Notes: generated by a model not told the origin, from the sequence alone. DNA of 64,000 nucleotides from Chiloscyllium plagiosum (GCF_004010195.1 NC_057720.1:31724831-31788830); one strand, 5' to 3'; numbered from the stretch's first letter, positions 37,711-52,107 are shown. Numbers and translations: made by a program.

Positions 37711-39869
37711 CATATCTTTGTGCCAATGGCTTTAGTTTTCAATGAGCAGATGCAAACCATATGAATGTAGATATGTAACTTGCTCTGAGCATCCATGGTG
37801 GTGTTTGAGTGGTTAGAGAAGGACCGAGATTTGCAGCTTCTGCAATTCCTCACACATCTTCTATGTCCCCTTTTACAATGACCTAGAAAAGCTGAGAATC
37901 AGCAAAGGGAAATTCCTGACCAGATGAATACATAAGTGACTTTTATTTTTAAAAATGGAGTAGCCCTCCCTCAATACCTAGTATGAGGTAGATGTGAGAC
38001 ATTTCTCCCAATCAGGCTTGTTTGTTTATTTGCACTACTTTTTATTCAGTGTTTGCTATGTCCATTTTAAGAATTAGGAGTAGAAGTAGGCAATGGAGTT
38101 GTGTCCACTCTGCCATTCAACATGATCACACCTGATGATCTGATTTCAACTTTCCTTCTGGCTCCCCATAGCCCTTTTTTTGTCCTACTTTTCATCAGAA
38201 ACACTTATTTCTTGATTCCTCTTCCCACTGCATGCTGGGACAGTGAGTTCCACAGATTCTCAACCCTCAAAAGTAATTTCTCCTCATCCTGGTTTTGAAC
38301 CAACTTCGCTCTGACCTCCCTTGTTCAAAGTGCCTGACGAGGGGGATTGTGTGCTCACTTAAATACCTTTAGCATTTTGTTATATACTTCCAGGTTACCC
38401 CCATTCTTCCCTGTCCCCCAGACTCATGTCTCTTTACATTGTAATAACACTTTTTATAATCCAATCCTTCAAATAAAAGCCAAGATTCCATTTACTTTAT
38501 ATGGTGTACCTGCATACTGACTTCCTGTAATTCATTCAGGACAGCCATATCCCTCTGAGGCCCTTTGAATCTGCTTCCCTTTTAAATTAATTGCCCTTTT
38601 TAAAAAAGAAATCCAGCCAAAATGGGTGACCTCTCATGCACATTTAAACTCCATCTGCCAGATATTGGTCCATTCTCCTGGTCTATCAATATCCATTTAT
38701 AAACTCTTCACAGCCTGCTTTCCTACTTATTTTAGTATACCTTAATGACTTAGTGTAGTGGTCTTATGTCTGTTTCTTGTAACTCTGACTCTAAGACTTT
38801 CATTCTAAGTACTGTTCCTGGAAATCCCTTCACATTTTTCTGTTAAGGCCTAGTCCTTCAATTCTCAGCATACTTTTGCTTTACAGTTATGGAAAAAAGA
38901 TGTTGAACCTAAGCAAATCAGCAGAATAAAAATTGAACTCTACACCCTCCAGTTTTGTTTTCAGAGGTATGAGCAAGGAAAGAACCAATCACAGCAGTTG
39001 ATCACTTGCTACAATTTAAATGACTTGGCTGTGCCAGCAGGTACTTTGGGCCTAACATTCCCCTTTTCCTGTTTTGAAGGATTGAGAAAGTGGTCTTTTT
39101 GTCCTAACTTGAAAGGGTTGTCTTTGAAAACCTGCACAAAGTGTTTGTGCTCCAGTGATGGTTGCTGATATTTAATCAAGGTTTTTTAGTGATGGTGAGA
39201 TCAGACTTTCAAATGTGCTCTCATCAAAGAGCAGACACTTTTTTTCTCTTTTTGTACAAATGTCTTTATTGCAGCATAAGAATACAAGGCAGTAGCTCTT
39301 GGAGTTTTGCTAATCATGCTTTCTGGGTCACTGTCATTTTAGGATCACTGGTGTTTGCTTGATGGCTTATCCTGGATTTCAATCTTGGGTTAGTTGCATT
39401 GTCCTAAATCAAATTATTGATTGAGACAAACTTTGCCTCAATGTAAGAAGCACCCACGACATGTTCAGCTGCAAATGTTTGCTTTTTGCTGTTTGGTTCT
39501 CTGACATATGTAGTGATGCGAAGTCCTTTTTGTAAATGACCACCTGTCACTTGTCAATGTCCAACAGGTTCTCTTCTCAACTACACATATGCTTTCGACT
39601 GCAACATTTGTCTCCCATTTATTAAACAATACTGGAGAAACCTGAAGGGTTTTTTCAGAAAAGCTTGTGGTGAGCACACTACTGTGTAAGCAATTAAACA
39701 GTTGAATTTTACATGGTTTAAATAGGACAATGTAATTGGGTAAATGGTATTGCTCATGTCCAAGCCTTTTGAACTGATTTTTGACAGGGGCAAAGTATTG
39801 TGAAGTCCTAAACCAAAGTTCACAATTTATTGCTTGACAAAACAATAATGTACGATATTTACACTAGCT

Positions 39870-40170
39870 TCGTGGCTGTGGTTAGCACTGCTGAGCCAGG
39901 GACTCTGGTTCGATTCTAGCCTCCGGCAACTGTCGCTGTGGAATTTGCGCATCTAGTACCTGCGTGGGTTTCCTTCCACAATCTAAGACGTGCAGGTTAG
40001 ATGAATTGACATGTTAAATTGTCCATTGTGTTCATGCATATGTGGATTAGGTGCATTAGTCAGGAGTAAATGTAGAGTAACTGGGTAGGGAATAGGTCTG
40101 AGTGGGTTACCCTTTGGAGGGTCAGTGTAGACTTGGGCCAAATGGCAAGTTTCTACATTATAGGGGGTCC
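39870..40170 (+). mobile_element. HE1-type SINE, decayed
   Basis: GTGGTTAGCACTGCT..CCAGGGAC..GGTTCGATTC head (A/B boxes) and a family body. Confidence 0.75.
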
Positions 40171-42490
40171 ATGAAAGTTTGCAGGTTAATGATGCTGTAT
40201 TTGTGCCTAATTTTACACTTCATTCATGATCTAGCATAGGTAAATTAACTTCACTGGAAATTTTGGTATTAAGCCATTGGTAAGATTGCAGAAATTGACA
40301 TGATTGGCAGTGTAATTTTCTGCATCACGCAATCCAGAAAATTTATGATTAGCTTTGACGCAGGCTATAATCTGTCAACTCTATTAGGAAAACAAAATAC
40401 GAGAAATTGTCAGCAAGTCTGACAGCATCTGTGGAGCCTGACCTGTGGTGTCACTGATTTTTGTTTGATTTTCTAAATCTTCAATCATCTGCATGCTGGC
40501 ATTCCTGCTATGTGGGGCTCCCATTCTTCTGTGGATTAAACTATTTTAAGTGTCAATTTCCTCTCCTGATTTTAATGCTGCTAATCCTACGTCTCCTCTT
40601 TGTAGTGTTCCCGCTGCTGGTATACACTCTGATTTTCAATTTAGAGCAACAATCTAGTTTAAAGTAGAGTTGTGAAGGAAAATTATTGTTTAAGTATCAC
40701 AATTCTGGTGAAGATAATAGACATTAATGCATTGGTAGGTGCTGTTTTTCCATCTTTAGAGTTTTTTTCATGCAATGCTTAGTGTAAACAAGATCAATAT
40801 ATAAAATTAGTCTTAACATTTTTGTTAGAAAATAAATCTGAGCCTTCATTTCTAGAGTTTACATAGTGATAAAGTAACCTTGAAATGTCTGAAGTTCTGA
40901 CACTTGCATTCTGCTTTGGGTAACTGAGTGGGTCTCAACCAAACTGAAATGAACAATAGAATAGACTAGCATACAAAAATGCACATGCAATATCATCAAT
41001 TGATAAAAATGTATTTCTTTCAACTTTCTTTCATGCACTGATTCTGGCTCATTAAATAGAGTTGGAGTGCTGATCAGCTATGATCTAATTGAATGAACTG
41101 TTTAGGGAGGTGAATGGCCTCCTGTTATCTTGTTGCTAGACAAGATGCCTGCATTCACTGGACACATGGTAGTGGTCATATCTATCTGTTAATTGTCTAA
41201 TAATGACTTAGTTGGAGAAGTGGGTCTAGCCAGTTAAAGTTAAGCAGCATCCCTCCATCATTTGGGAAAGATTTGAAATCAGTCAGCATGCACCACCATT
41301 TCAGGACAGTTTTTCTGTGGAGGGTGGAAATTTGAAATGTCAAATGCAGAAACTTGATCTGTCATTTTCAAATAAATTGTTTCAGAAGCTCATGAACATA
41401 GTCTGGTTCTAATTGAAACCTACCATCTGCTAACAAAGAAAGTTGTTCTGCTAACTCTGCAGAAGTCCTGTCTCAGGCAAAAAATTCAAATGCAGGTTCT
41501 TTTGATTAAAATATCAAGTTTATTTGAAAAAAAAGAATGGACATGCACTTGTCTACATGTTATACACTGGACTCATCAATCACAATCTACATTGAGAATA
41601 GATTTTATGTTCTGATACAATTTTTTTAACTATGTACTTTATATACTATCTAGAAATATAATAGCAGTCATACATTTGCAGTTTCCCAGATGGGTATTCT
41701 CAGTTTCTAAATGCTATTTGTTTGAATATCACTAGATATACAATATTACATTAAAGTTCAATCTTTTGAAAAGCTATGCTAATTTCGATTCTTTACAAAT
41801 TTGATGTAAAAAATTTCACTGGTAATACATACCATGTCTGCTAAATAATTCAAAAGAATTTATCCACCAAATCAATTAAATCCAACCTATGCTTTCTTTC
41901 CTCAAGGTACTTTAATGGCTGTTAGTATTACGTCTGGCTAATGCACATTTCCTTTCAGTAAAGTAGGCATTAATGCCTTGGAAATGTTTTTGAAAATTGT
42001 CTATGCTGTTCTACATGGCCAGTGAAAATTTGAATCAAGCAATAAGTGTAACCACCTGGTGCTTCTCAATTGCATAATTTTAGCAATCTTCCCCTGCAGA
42101 CACATGTAATAATCGTTACAACATAATGTTAGAATATATAAGCATGATATACAAGGCACTTATTGTAACTAGCTGAGAAGGGTATATGATTGAACTTCTT
42201 GTCCAGAACTATTGAACAGTTTGAAGCTGTGTTGTTTGAGGCAATTTTGTGTTTTAAATTGTCTGCTGTTCCATTGGGATGGGCACCACTTAAACTCAGT
42301 TGGGATCTGTTCTGGCAATTCATACAACTACGGAATTAGGATTGGGTGGGGTCACATGATAGGTTTAAAAAATTGAAGGCGAGTATACCAATATGACAAT
42401 TTAGATACAGTTAAGCAGAATTTGTCAGGAAGGGACAGAGACTTTAACAACAATTGACCAATCAGTGAATAAGGTTCATATAAAGAATAG

Positions 42491-42663
42491 AGTGCTGGAG
42501 CACATCAGATCAGGCAGCATCTGAGGAGCAGGAGAATTGATGTTTTAGGCTTATGCCTGAAATGTCAATTCTCCTGCTTCTCGAATGCTGCCTGACCAGC
42601 TGTGCTTTTCCAGCACCACACACTCTACTCTGATCTCCAGCATCTGCAGTCTTCACTCTTTCC
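42491..42663. mobile_element. Fold-back Penelope-derived element
   Basis: Inverted arms centred at about 42552, with an imperfect 15-bp flank duplication (TCATATAAAGAATAG / TCATACAATGAATAG). Confidence 0.78.
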
Positions 42664-44365
42664 TCATACAATGAATAGTAGGTTTATTTTTTTTTAAATA
42701 AAACTAAATGCTGTATATATGAATGTATAAACCTTTTGTAATAAGGTCAATGAGGGACTGGTTTATTGCCATTACAAAGACCTATTAGGAAAAACTGTCA
42801 GGAAAAAGGATGTGCTGGAGAAACTCGGGTCTTACAACCTTTGTGCTTAGAGACACAGTCAATGTTTGGAGCCCAATATGAATTCAGAAGTAGTACTGCA
42901 GAGATTTACTGAACTCAATGTTAACAATGTTTCTGCCTCCAGATGCTGCCAGCCTGCTGAGTGTCGCTTTTTGGTTCAGATCTCCAGCATCTGAAATACC
43001 TTGCTCTTATTTAAGTGTCAAAAAATGTTGGTTTGAGTAATTTGTTGAGATTATCTTGTAGGACTCTCCACAGTTATTGTATCATTGGATGGAGCATTAA
43101 ATAATAAATTATTACAGCTTATAAAAAAAGCATTGTACTAATGATGGGCAACTTGAATGTTCATATAAATGAGAAACTTCTGATAGTGATCCTAATACAA
43201 TTGCATATTAAAATCATAGCACAACTGCATTCCATATTAAGTTTGAAAGCACCTTACCCCAATCCCCAAGAAGAATTTAAATTAAAACAAAATCACTTAT
43301 GTAGGTATGAGGGGTGACCTGGTTTATATTGGTTAAGTAGACTAAAATATATGATGGCAAACAAATGGTAAATATTTAAAGAAATAATTCAAAATGTACA
43401 TTAAAATATATGCCATTAAAATGTTATAAAAAGCTAAATGAATAATATCAGTGATTTACAAGGTAAGTTGAAATATTAGATTATAAGAAGATCAACGATC
43501 TTGCAAAGATTAGTTGTAAGCCTGAGAGTTTAGAAGTTTAGAGTATTTCAGAAACCCTGGGGACACAGCCACAAAAATGTGCTTTAAAAAACAATGAGGA
43601 AACTAGCCAGGAATGTAAAAAAAATGGGTTGTAAGAGATTTTACAAGTACACAGAGAAGAGCTCAAGTCAACATTGGTCCTTTGGACAGAAATCAGCAAG
43701 AAGAGACGAAATAGGAGAGACATTAGACAAAAGTATAGATACCACATGCCAAAATTAAAGGGTACCTAAGGGCCAAATAATAGTAAGGAATTTAAGGTAA
43801 TTAATATCAAGAGGTAAAAGATATTGGAGGAATGTACGGAACTAAAAACCAATAAATCTCCAGCACCTAGTTGTTTGTATCCTAATGGGGGTTAAAAAAG
43901 GTAGCTACTGAGATAATGGATGCATTGGTTATAATTTTCCCAAAATTCCCTGAATGCTAGAACATTGCCCAACAGATTGGAAATTAACAGGTGTAACACC
44001 TCTAAAGCATTCTCTAGAAAGGAGGGAGTTAGAAAAACAAAACTGGAAAAAATGCTAGATTCTGTGAACCATTTCTTAGCAAGTTCTTGGAAATTCAAAA
44101 ATCCAACATGGTTTACTCTCTCGCTGAGGATATGTGCATGGCTGTAGCTGAAATGATATCACAATGGCTTTGTAAGCAATTTAAGTCAAACAGTGATTTG
44201 CTGTGCCATTCACTTGCTTATGTAACAAAACAGTTGCATAATAATACAAGATTGGGTCACATGAGCAATGCAATTATTACAATCTAACTATCACCATTGA
44301 CATTAAAGACTTTAAGCAACTCAATAGATCACTTTAATCAAACAGTATAAATTCAGATAAATTAG

Positions 44366-45067
44366 TTATTCAAAATATATCCCATACACAGTTGCAACAG
44401 CAAAAAGTGAAGTGTTTTTAAAAGTAGCTGTTGCATAATTGTCAGTCAATGTGTCCCACAGACAGCGGCTCACAATTAATATTCCCTGATCATTGAGCTG
44501 GCCCAGTACCACATTGCATACTAGCTTGTATCTCGGGATATTAATATCCTTCACTTTCAACCTGATATGGTCTGTCAAACTCTGCACTAACTGTACACTT
44601 GTTACAGGATTATAGCTGTTGTTGGCCAAGTAGTTTGAAAGAGTTCCCTCCAAGACCTTTTGGACCTTGTAGGGATCAAACTTGTAGCCTTCATCTGGCT
44701 GTGATTTGTAAGTATTTTCACATTTCACTTCCCTAATAGGTTGATACAGGGGCAATCCAGAGAAACTGACTTGACCAGAGGTCATCCAGCTCATGGAATG
44801 TCTTTTGCCTTGCATCATTGAGCTTTTGCGAGAAAAAGACACATTGACATTATTTATAATCGAGCTCCTTCTGGAAGGAATATGAGGTCTTTCATTGATG
44901 TTCTTCAGCTGCAGGTGATGTTTGCTGGCATGCATGTCCACAGACTGGGAACTTCTGCGAGTGGAAATGGAGTTTGCACAAGGGCACTGTCCCAAATTGT
45001 GCCCAGATAAAGCCAGATTGAATTGAGCTAAAGCTTCTTGTGATAAAGGCATCTGCTTGGCGGTCAT
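44366..45067 (-). CDS. DYNLT4: Dynein light chain Tctex-type 4 (TCTEX1D4), single coding exon, 233 aa
   Basis: C-terminal Tctex-1 domain (ENTYK..P...RYKLVCNVVLGQ...VSRCLWD...DNYA...AVATVYGIYFE) and VSFSGLPL motif; adjacent to PLK3 as in human. I placed the start at the first ATG (45067) after the splice acceptor at 45090/45091; the ORF-track extension to 45136 is intronic. Confidence 0.9.
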   Translation of the reverse strand: MTAKQMPLSQEALAQFNLALSGHNLGQCPCANSISTRRSSQSVDMHASKHHLQLKNINERPHIPSRRSSIINNVNVSFSRKSSMMQGKRHSMSWMTSGQVSFSGLPLYQPIREVKCENTYKSQPDEGYKFDPYKVQKVLEGTLSNYLANNSYNPVTSVQLVQSLTDHIRLKVKDINIPRYKLVCNVVLGQLNDQGILIVSRCLWDTLTDNYATATFKNTSLFAVATVYGIYFE

Positions 45068-46002
45068 ATCAAAATGAATATTGATCTGTCTAAAGGGAAA
45101 AAGATAAATTTCATTTAGGTCAAAGGCTTTAACCAAATTTTACTTTTAATGCACTTTTATCTCCAGTGATATTCCAAATCTGAAAGAACTTTGAGATCAC
45201 TGTCAACACCACTCAAGTCTGTTTTTGAAATACAATGTTGGCATAGTGTGAATCACTCTCCGCTGTCTCCACAGACTTTATCTGCACTTCTGTTACAGGG
45301 TCTGGGTTCAGAGTGATCCTAATTTTTTTCTCTTACTAGCTTCGAGGTTTAAAGAAACAAGAAACAACATCCAACTAACCCCCACCCAGAAAAACTGCAA
45401 AGAAAGATAGAAATATAAGCCAGAGGACAAAATATGCATATTTGAGGGCAACATTTTCTAGCAAAACTGTTGACTCTTATCCATTATGTGGTATGGTACT
45501 GTATAATATAGATCGGAAGGTTGCCAAGTTTGATTAATTTGATCAAAACCAATAGCTGAAATGATCAATGACCCTCTGTGCCCATGGGTTAAGGGGAGGG
45601 AGTAATTAGTTAATTGCATTTTCTGCTCTACATAAACATTGCAACAGTTTTCATGCACAAAAGTGAGTTGAGGGTACAATAAGCTTCTTGTCATGATAAC
45701 AGGGAGGTCTTGTGTCTCAATGGTAATATCCATTGCTCTGGTCCACAACCCCTGGGTTTGAGTCCCCCCCAACAGGACATGTTGGCCATGGAATACGCAT
45801 TTGTAGCATAAGTAAATGGGTTGATTGCCATCTTGTGCATCCTTCCAATATGCCTGATGGTGTCTGGTAAGGGTGGGAGAGTTCCTTTTAGGTGAGACTA
45901 GCAGTGCTTAAAATCAACAAAAAGAATTCCTGGGTCTTTAAAAAGGTTAGAATATGGGGTGGAAGTTGTCTCAGGAATGATTCTTGGTGAAATATCATTG
46001 TG

Positions 46003-46400
46003 TCAGCCCTGGTGCAGTGATAGTTCTTTCATCTGTGACTCAAACTCAGAGATTCCTAGTCACTTTCCTCTTGCATTTATCATGAGGCAATACTGCATTT
46101 GTTGGACACTCTGTCTTCATGAATGAAATGTTAAACCACAGAAAGTCCTGCACACTTCTCAAATGAGCATAAAAAATTCCATGAAGTCATCTGAAGATAC
46201 TGAAGAGAAATTCTCTTGGTCAGCATCATTCAAACTTCACCAACAAAAGCAGATAATTTTTCCTTTCATTTTGTGGCACTGTGCAAATTGACTTCTGTAT
46301 TTGTTTTCAATGACGATATTTCAAAAGTAATTCATTGGCTGTAACACACTTTAGAATATCCCAAGAATATTAAGGGTTATAAATGTAAGTTTTTTTCTTT
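46003..46400 (+). mobile_element. Ancient Deu-domain-type SINE (SacSINE/AmnSINE-like)
   Basis: Recognisable central block (CTGTCTT..GAATGAAATGTTAAACC...AAAATTCCATG) and 3' end TTCAAAAGTAATTCATTGGCTGTAA..CTTT...ATAAATGTAAG. Related decayed antisense pieces lie near 5285-5650, 8585-8700 and 14760-15030. Confidence 0.55.
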
Positions 46401-48067
46401 CTATCCATCTATGTTAGCCGTTGGAGTGAAACAAGTATTGCACAAAAGTGATTTAGGTGAATACAGTGTGTATAGAGTCAGATATCAAAATTTTAAGCCC
46501 TGTTTTACAACTGGGAGCCAACACAACAACTGTGGCAGAGGAGAGAAACTATTGTTAGCTGTTCCATTGTTGCTTTATTCACTTCAAAAAGTGGCAATGG
46601 ATGAGGCCTACTGATGATGGGAACCAAATTCATTACTGTGCATGTGTTATGTAGTGATTTGAGCAGATCGATATTGTCTCTCAGATTCTGTCTCCCTCTT
46701 ATTTATTTTTAATTATTATTCAACAGTTAATCTAGCAAAACACTCCACTAATTGTTTCATATGTGCTTTTATCTTTTGGAGTAAACCAGTTGATACAATG
46801 CAGATTGTCTGAAATGAGAATGTGGTTTGTTGGATGAAGGAAGAATGTTAATTCTACAGGCATCTTCAGGATGTTTGGCATACAAACATAAAAGGATACA
46901 TTTATAATGGTTTTTGTTATATCTAAAATTGTATTAAATGTTTAGCTTAGAAAAATGCACAGAGATGGATCATTATTAGAGCAAATGAATTATGCCATCC
47001 ATAATGTGTACAAAACCAATAATGAGGACATCAAGTAATTTCCAGCCCTAGAAATTGGGCTGTATATTATCCATCAAAGTTTGACACTCAGCAGGGTGCT
47101 GCTGAAATGCCAGAGGGGATCTGAATGAAGTTCTTCCCAATCCCCTCAACAGATCCATTAATTGGCAATCTGTTGTTGCCACAGTTCACTTGGCTCTAGC
47201 ATCATATTCAGAGGCTGAAATGTGTTTGGCCACTGATCCAACATTGACTTTCCTCATTGCCCTCCTCATCCTGCTTCCCAATCCACCTCCATACTCTGAT
47301 AAGGTTTCACCCAATGACTAACTGACAAATGTTCTTACTTCCATCATGTGACATTTTTTGCAAGTTGCTCTATGGTTGTAAAATTGGATAGATTTCCTGA
47401 GATGGTAGATGTACTCTAACTTGTCTTCAACCATATATTTACACATCTACCAGAGTTTTCTGGATATAGTCAGACTTGATAAGCCTGGCCAAAATTATTT
47501 TCTACAATCAGGCTTGCTGAAGTCAATTAAAGCTGTCTGACTGATGTTTTAGTTAAGGTCAATGTGCTGAGTACAGATCAAGGATTGAACCTAAGATTCA
47601 ATTTCCTCTGCGTTTGCTTTATTGAGTTAAAGTTTAAAGGGTTGGCGAGAATATCACAAACTTGGATATATCAAAGGAGACTAACATGTTCCAACAGGTA
47701 TAGAAAATGCCTTAGTAATGTTTTAACTTGTTTATTTGTTCAGCAACTTCGAATTATTCATTAGAATTTAACTGTAAAAAGTCTCCAGCCTAGCAATTCC
47801 TGCCAGACCACTGTACTGCTGGAACTGTGACTGGGGAGAATGTCAAAAACTGACCCTGATGTCAATTCTAATGCAAACCCCAGGTTTGGTGCATTTGTGC
47901 ACTGTGAAGTGGGCAGGGAACATGGGAGTGAAATGTTGCCTTGTGGAATAGTGCAAAATAGAGCAACACCAAATCCACAGTCCATTTTAACAATCCACCT
48001 GATCTTCATTCCTGTTAAGAAGGTAAAACACTTTACACTTTGTGATCATCCATTTTATAATCTCCAA

Positions 48068-48520
48068 GATCAGGAGGGTTTGAGCCATGGGGAGAGGCTG
48101 AATAGACTGGGGCTATTTTCCCTGGAGCTTCAGAAGCTGAGGGTGAACATACAGAAGTTTATAAAATCATGAGCGGTATGGATAGGGAGAACAGTCAAGG
48201 TCTTTTACCCAGGATAATGGAATCCAAAACTAGAGGGCATAGGTTTAAGGTGAGAGAGGAAAGATTTAAAAGTGATCTAAGGGGCAACTTTTCCTGCAGA
48301 GGGTACTGCATTTATGGAATGAGCTGCCAGAGGAGGTGGTGGAGCTGGGTACAATTACAACATTTAGAAAGCATCTGGATGGGTACATGAATAGGAAGGG
48401 TTTAGAAGGATATGGGTCAAATGTTGGCAAGTGGGACTAGCTTAATTTAGGATATCTGGTAGGCATGGACAAACTGAACTGAAGGGTCTGTTTCCGTGCT
48501 GTACATCTCTATGGCTCTAA
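48068..48520 (+). mobile_element. CR1 3' fragment
   Basis: GLSHGERLNRLGLFSLE and TRGHRFKVR peptides, plus a tail. Confidence 0.88.
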
Positions 48521-48949
48521 GTTCATGCCTCCTGAGTTGCACAATGATGGGAAGGAAAATTTGTTGTGAGACTAAGAAAGGCCATTCCATTCCCACTTTC
48601 CTGAGAAACTGAAAGTAGAACAATGGAAGGAAGCATCAAGGTTTAGGAATAGAGAAGTGGTGCAGCTGCAAGCTCCAGATCTTTCATTATTCTTGCATGC
48701 AATATGAATGTTGCTGACTGGGCTAGCATTTATTGTCCATCCCTAAATGTCATTGAGAAGCTTGCCTTGCTGTTTAATGTGGCAATGGTAGTAATCACAG
48801 AGGAATTGCGTGTTAGAAGGAAGGATGACAGAAAGAATGACATGCAAGTTTTGGGCAAACAATTCTTCTGTATTTTACCTGGATATATCCCAAAGTAGGA
48901 TGCTCTGCACCTTATGAAGTGAGCGCTATATTGCTGACTGTAAGTGTTA

Positions 48950-49685
48950 AAGAGTCATAGAGTATTATAGCATGGAAGCAGACCCTTTGGTCCAACTCGT
49001 CCTACTTGCTTGCGTTTGGCCTGTATCTCTCCAAATCTTTCCTCTTCATATACTTATGCAAATGTATTTTAACATTGTAATTTTACTTGTATCTACCACT
49101 TCCTCTGGCATTTATTTCACACACTAACCACTCTTTGTGTAAAAATGTTGCCCCTTATTTCTTTTTAGACCTTTTTCCTCTCACTTTAAAAATATTCCCC
49201 CTAGTTTTGAACTCCCCCACCTTAGGGAAAAGACATTTGCTATTCACCTTATCCTTGCCCTTCATGATTTTATAAACCTCTACAAGGTCCCTCCTCAACC
49301 TCCTTTGCTCCAGTGGAAAGAATTCCAGTCTAACCAACCTCTCTTTATGGCTCAAACCCTTCATTCCCTGCAAAATCCTGGTAAATAGTTTCTGAAACCT
49401 CTCCAATTTAATAATATCCTTCTTATAACAGGGCAACCAGAACTGCACACAGCACTCTAGAAGTGGCCTCACTAACATCCCATACAATCTCCTCATGATG
49501 TCACCGCTCTTATACTCAAAGGTCTGAGCAATGAAAGCAAGCATGCTAAATACCTTCCTAATCCCCCCCCATCTACCTTAGATGCAAATTTCCAAGAACT
49601 ATATACCTGAACCCCTAGGTCTTTCTGTTCTACAACACTACCCAGGGCTCTACCATTAATAGTATAGGTCCTGCCCTTGTTTGTT
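48950..49685 (-). mobile_element. CR1 3' fragment
   Basis: LYGMLVRPLLECCVQFWLPCYKKDIIKLERFQK...TRGN peptides. Confidence 0.88.
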
Positions 49686-50934
49686 GCAGAGAAGGATGAT
49701 TATTCAGCTGTCTGAAGACTGCAGTTGGATAAGGTAACTCCACTGAATTATTCATTTATTGTGTTGTAGCAGACCCACACACCTTATCTTCAAAATGGTT
49801 AAGGACTATAAAATCCAACAACAGTCTTTGGTACTAATCACTCTCTCAGTGCCCTACATGTACACAGATTACATAAAAGCTGCAATTTGGCTGTTGGGCC
49901 CTGCAAGCCTGTATGCCCATACATTAAAATCTGACCTTCTACCTCAACTCCAACTTCCCATATCTAACCCCTTTCTTCCCCTTCATATCTAAAAATCTCC
50001 GACTTCCCTCTCAAAATATACAAAGTATCCACAGCATTCAGGAATAGAGAATTTCATGACTTCATAGCCCCATGAAGATGGATATTTCTCCTTTGTTCAA
50101 TCTTAAATTTCTAACTTCTTATCCAAAGACTGTGATTTTGTTTTGGAGGTTCCCTAGTCAGGAAAAAATTTCTTGCATCTTATATTCTGTTCAGATTTTA
50201 TACCTTTTCAAAGAGATCGCCTTTCATTCTTCACATCCCCAGGGAAGACTGACCTAGTCAACTTAATCTGTCTTCAAAAGCCAACCTCTTCATCCCAGGA
50301 ACTTGGAAACTGAATCTTTATCGCATCCCTTTTGGCAAGTATGTCCAAACTTCAGATAAGGTAGAACTGCACACAACTCTTCCCAATACCCTTTCTCCTA
50401 TGCGCTAATCATTTTGCAACAAAAGTTAACCTACCTCATTTGCCTTCCTAATTGCTTGTTGTACCTTATATTGACCTTAATTTAAGAACAAGGATACCCA
50501 AGCTCCTTGAATGAAAGCATTTCCCAATTCCTCACCACTTTAAAATATTCTATTTTTCTCAGCAGAATGGATAATGTCATACTTTGCTGCTAGGCCAAAG
50601 CTTCTAATCTTTGTTGGAATCCCTATCTCCCATTCACATCCGTGTCAAATAACACAGTTACTTAACTCTGATATTTTTGGGACTATATTCTAACGGCAAT
50701 TTCTCTGGACCTCAGTAAGAGCAGCAATCCTCAATGGGAGCTGTGCAGTAAGTTTTTGTAGATGTCATGCTTCCTGTTTATGGCACAAGCTGCTATGTTC
50801 TAGCAGGTAAAACTTACAAATGGCCAAAGTCATGAGAAGGTGAGCAGTATGATAAAAGGGTGAGGAGGAAAGGTGGTGGTGGGAGTATTATTTGGGTCAG
50901 GGATGGAATGGGGTAGTCAGGGGGTTGTACGATT

Positions 50935-51125
50935 TGATACCAGTTAGCTCAGTTGGCTAAATGCTGGTTTGTGTGGGTTTAATTCCTGCAATGGCTGTGT
51001 TGACCATCAGGGTTCTGCCTTCTCAACCTTGCTCCTCACTTGGGTGTGCTGACCCTCAGATTAAACAACCGTCTCCCTAATAAGAGAGGTGCTGTATGGT
51101 CCACCGGGACAATGGTGACTTTACC
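50935..51125 (+). mobile_element. Ancient tRNA-headed SINE-like repeat (family unassigned)
   Basis: A-box-like TAGCTCAGTTGG and B-box-like GGGTTTAATTCC; homologous to 33700-33895. Confidence 0.55.
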
Positions 51126-52107
51126 TGAATGTGGTCAGGTCAGGACAATAGTTGGGTCAAGGGGAGGTGAGTAGTGGTGGAGTTCATGGGTGGTTGGTTT
51201 GCAGGCATCATAAAAGGGTAGTTGTAGTGTTTGAGGAGGTTGGGTTAGTTGTATAGTTACTAAGAAGTTAGAACTTTATCCGTGTAACATTTCACAGGTA
51301 ATTATCCAGGTAAGTGAGTTGGAACACTTCAAACTTTTCTTAGGGTTTTAGATTCAGGATAATTCTGATCAGAAATTCCAACCTGCTCAGCAATTCCTAC
51401 ATATTCATTGTTTTGGGACTTAGACCCCAAAGTGTCTTTTGGGAGGTACAATCCTCTCTGACTATCTGAAGACCAAACGATCCAAGTCATTGCAGAAGAT
51501 CTACTGTGGTCTTGCATAGACATCCAATCTGCTTATATCATTCTGCAGCCTTTTTGCATTCTCCTCGCTGCTGTTCATCTAACTAATATCGGCAGTCTTG
51601 GATACATTACATTCAGTCCTTCCATCTCAGCCATTAATATAATCTTTAAATAACTGAGACCCAAGTATTTGCTGATCCTTGCGGTACCTTCATAGTCACG
51701 GCCAGCCAATCTGAAAATGTTAATTTTATTCCTACTTTGTTTTCTGTCGTGATTTTCTAAGATCCCGATTACCACATGCATAATAATAAATTCTAATGTT
51801 TTGCTTACAATTCACGTTGGGCTAACGTACCTATACACCCCCATTTTCTATCTTCCCCTATTATTAAATATCAATTGTTAAATTATGTTTGCCAAATTCA
51901 AACCCTTCAGAACTCTTCTGGAATCTAAGGATTTCTGGAAGATCAGTGTATCTCTGCCACAGCTCAAAGTGAAAGTCACCAGGTCAATGGGATATATAAC
52001 GACTTAGTCCCATTAATTTATCCAGTACTACTTGTTTAATTATACTTCTTTAAATTTTCTTTATTCTTTTGTGGGGCTTGGGCATTGCTTGCTGGCCATC
52101 ATTTATT

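Noticed and set aside
45068..45136. N-terminal extension of the 256-aa Tctex ORF
   Set aside because: It starts at a non-ATG codon and crosses a polypyrimidine/AG splice acceptor, so it is intron plus 5' UTR.
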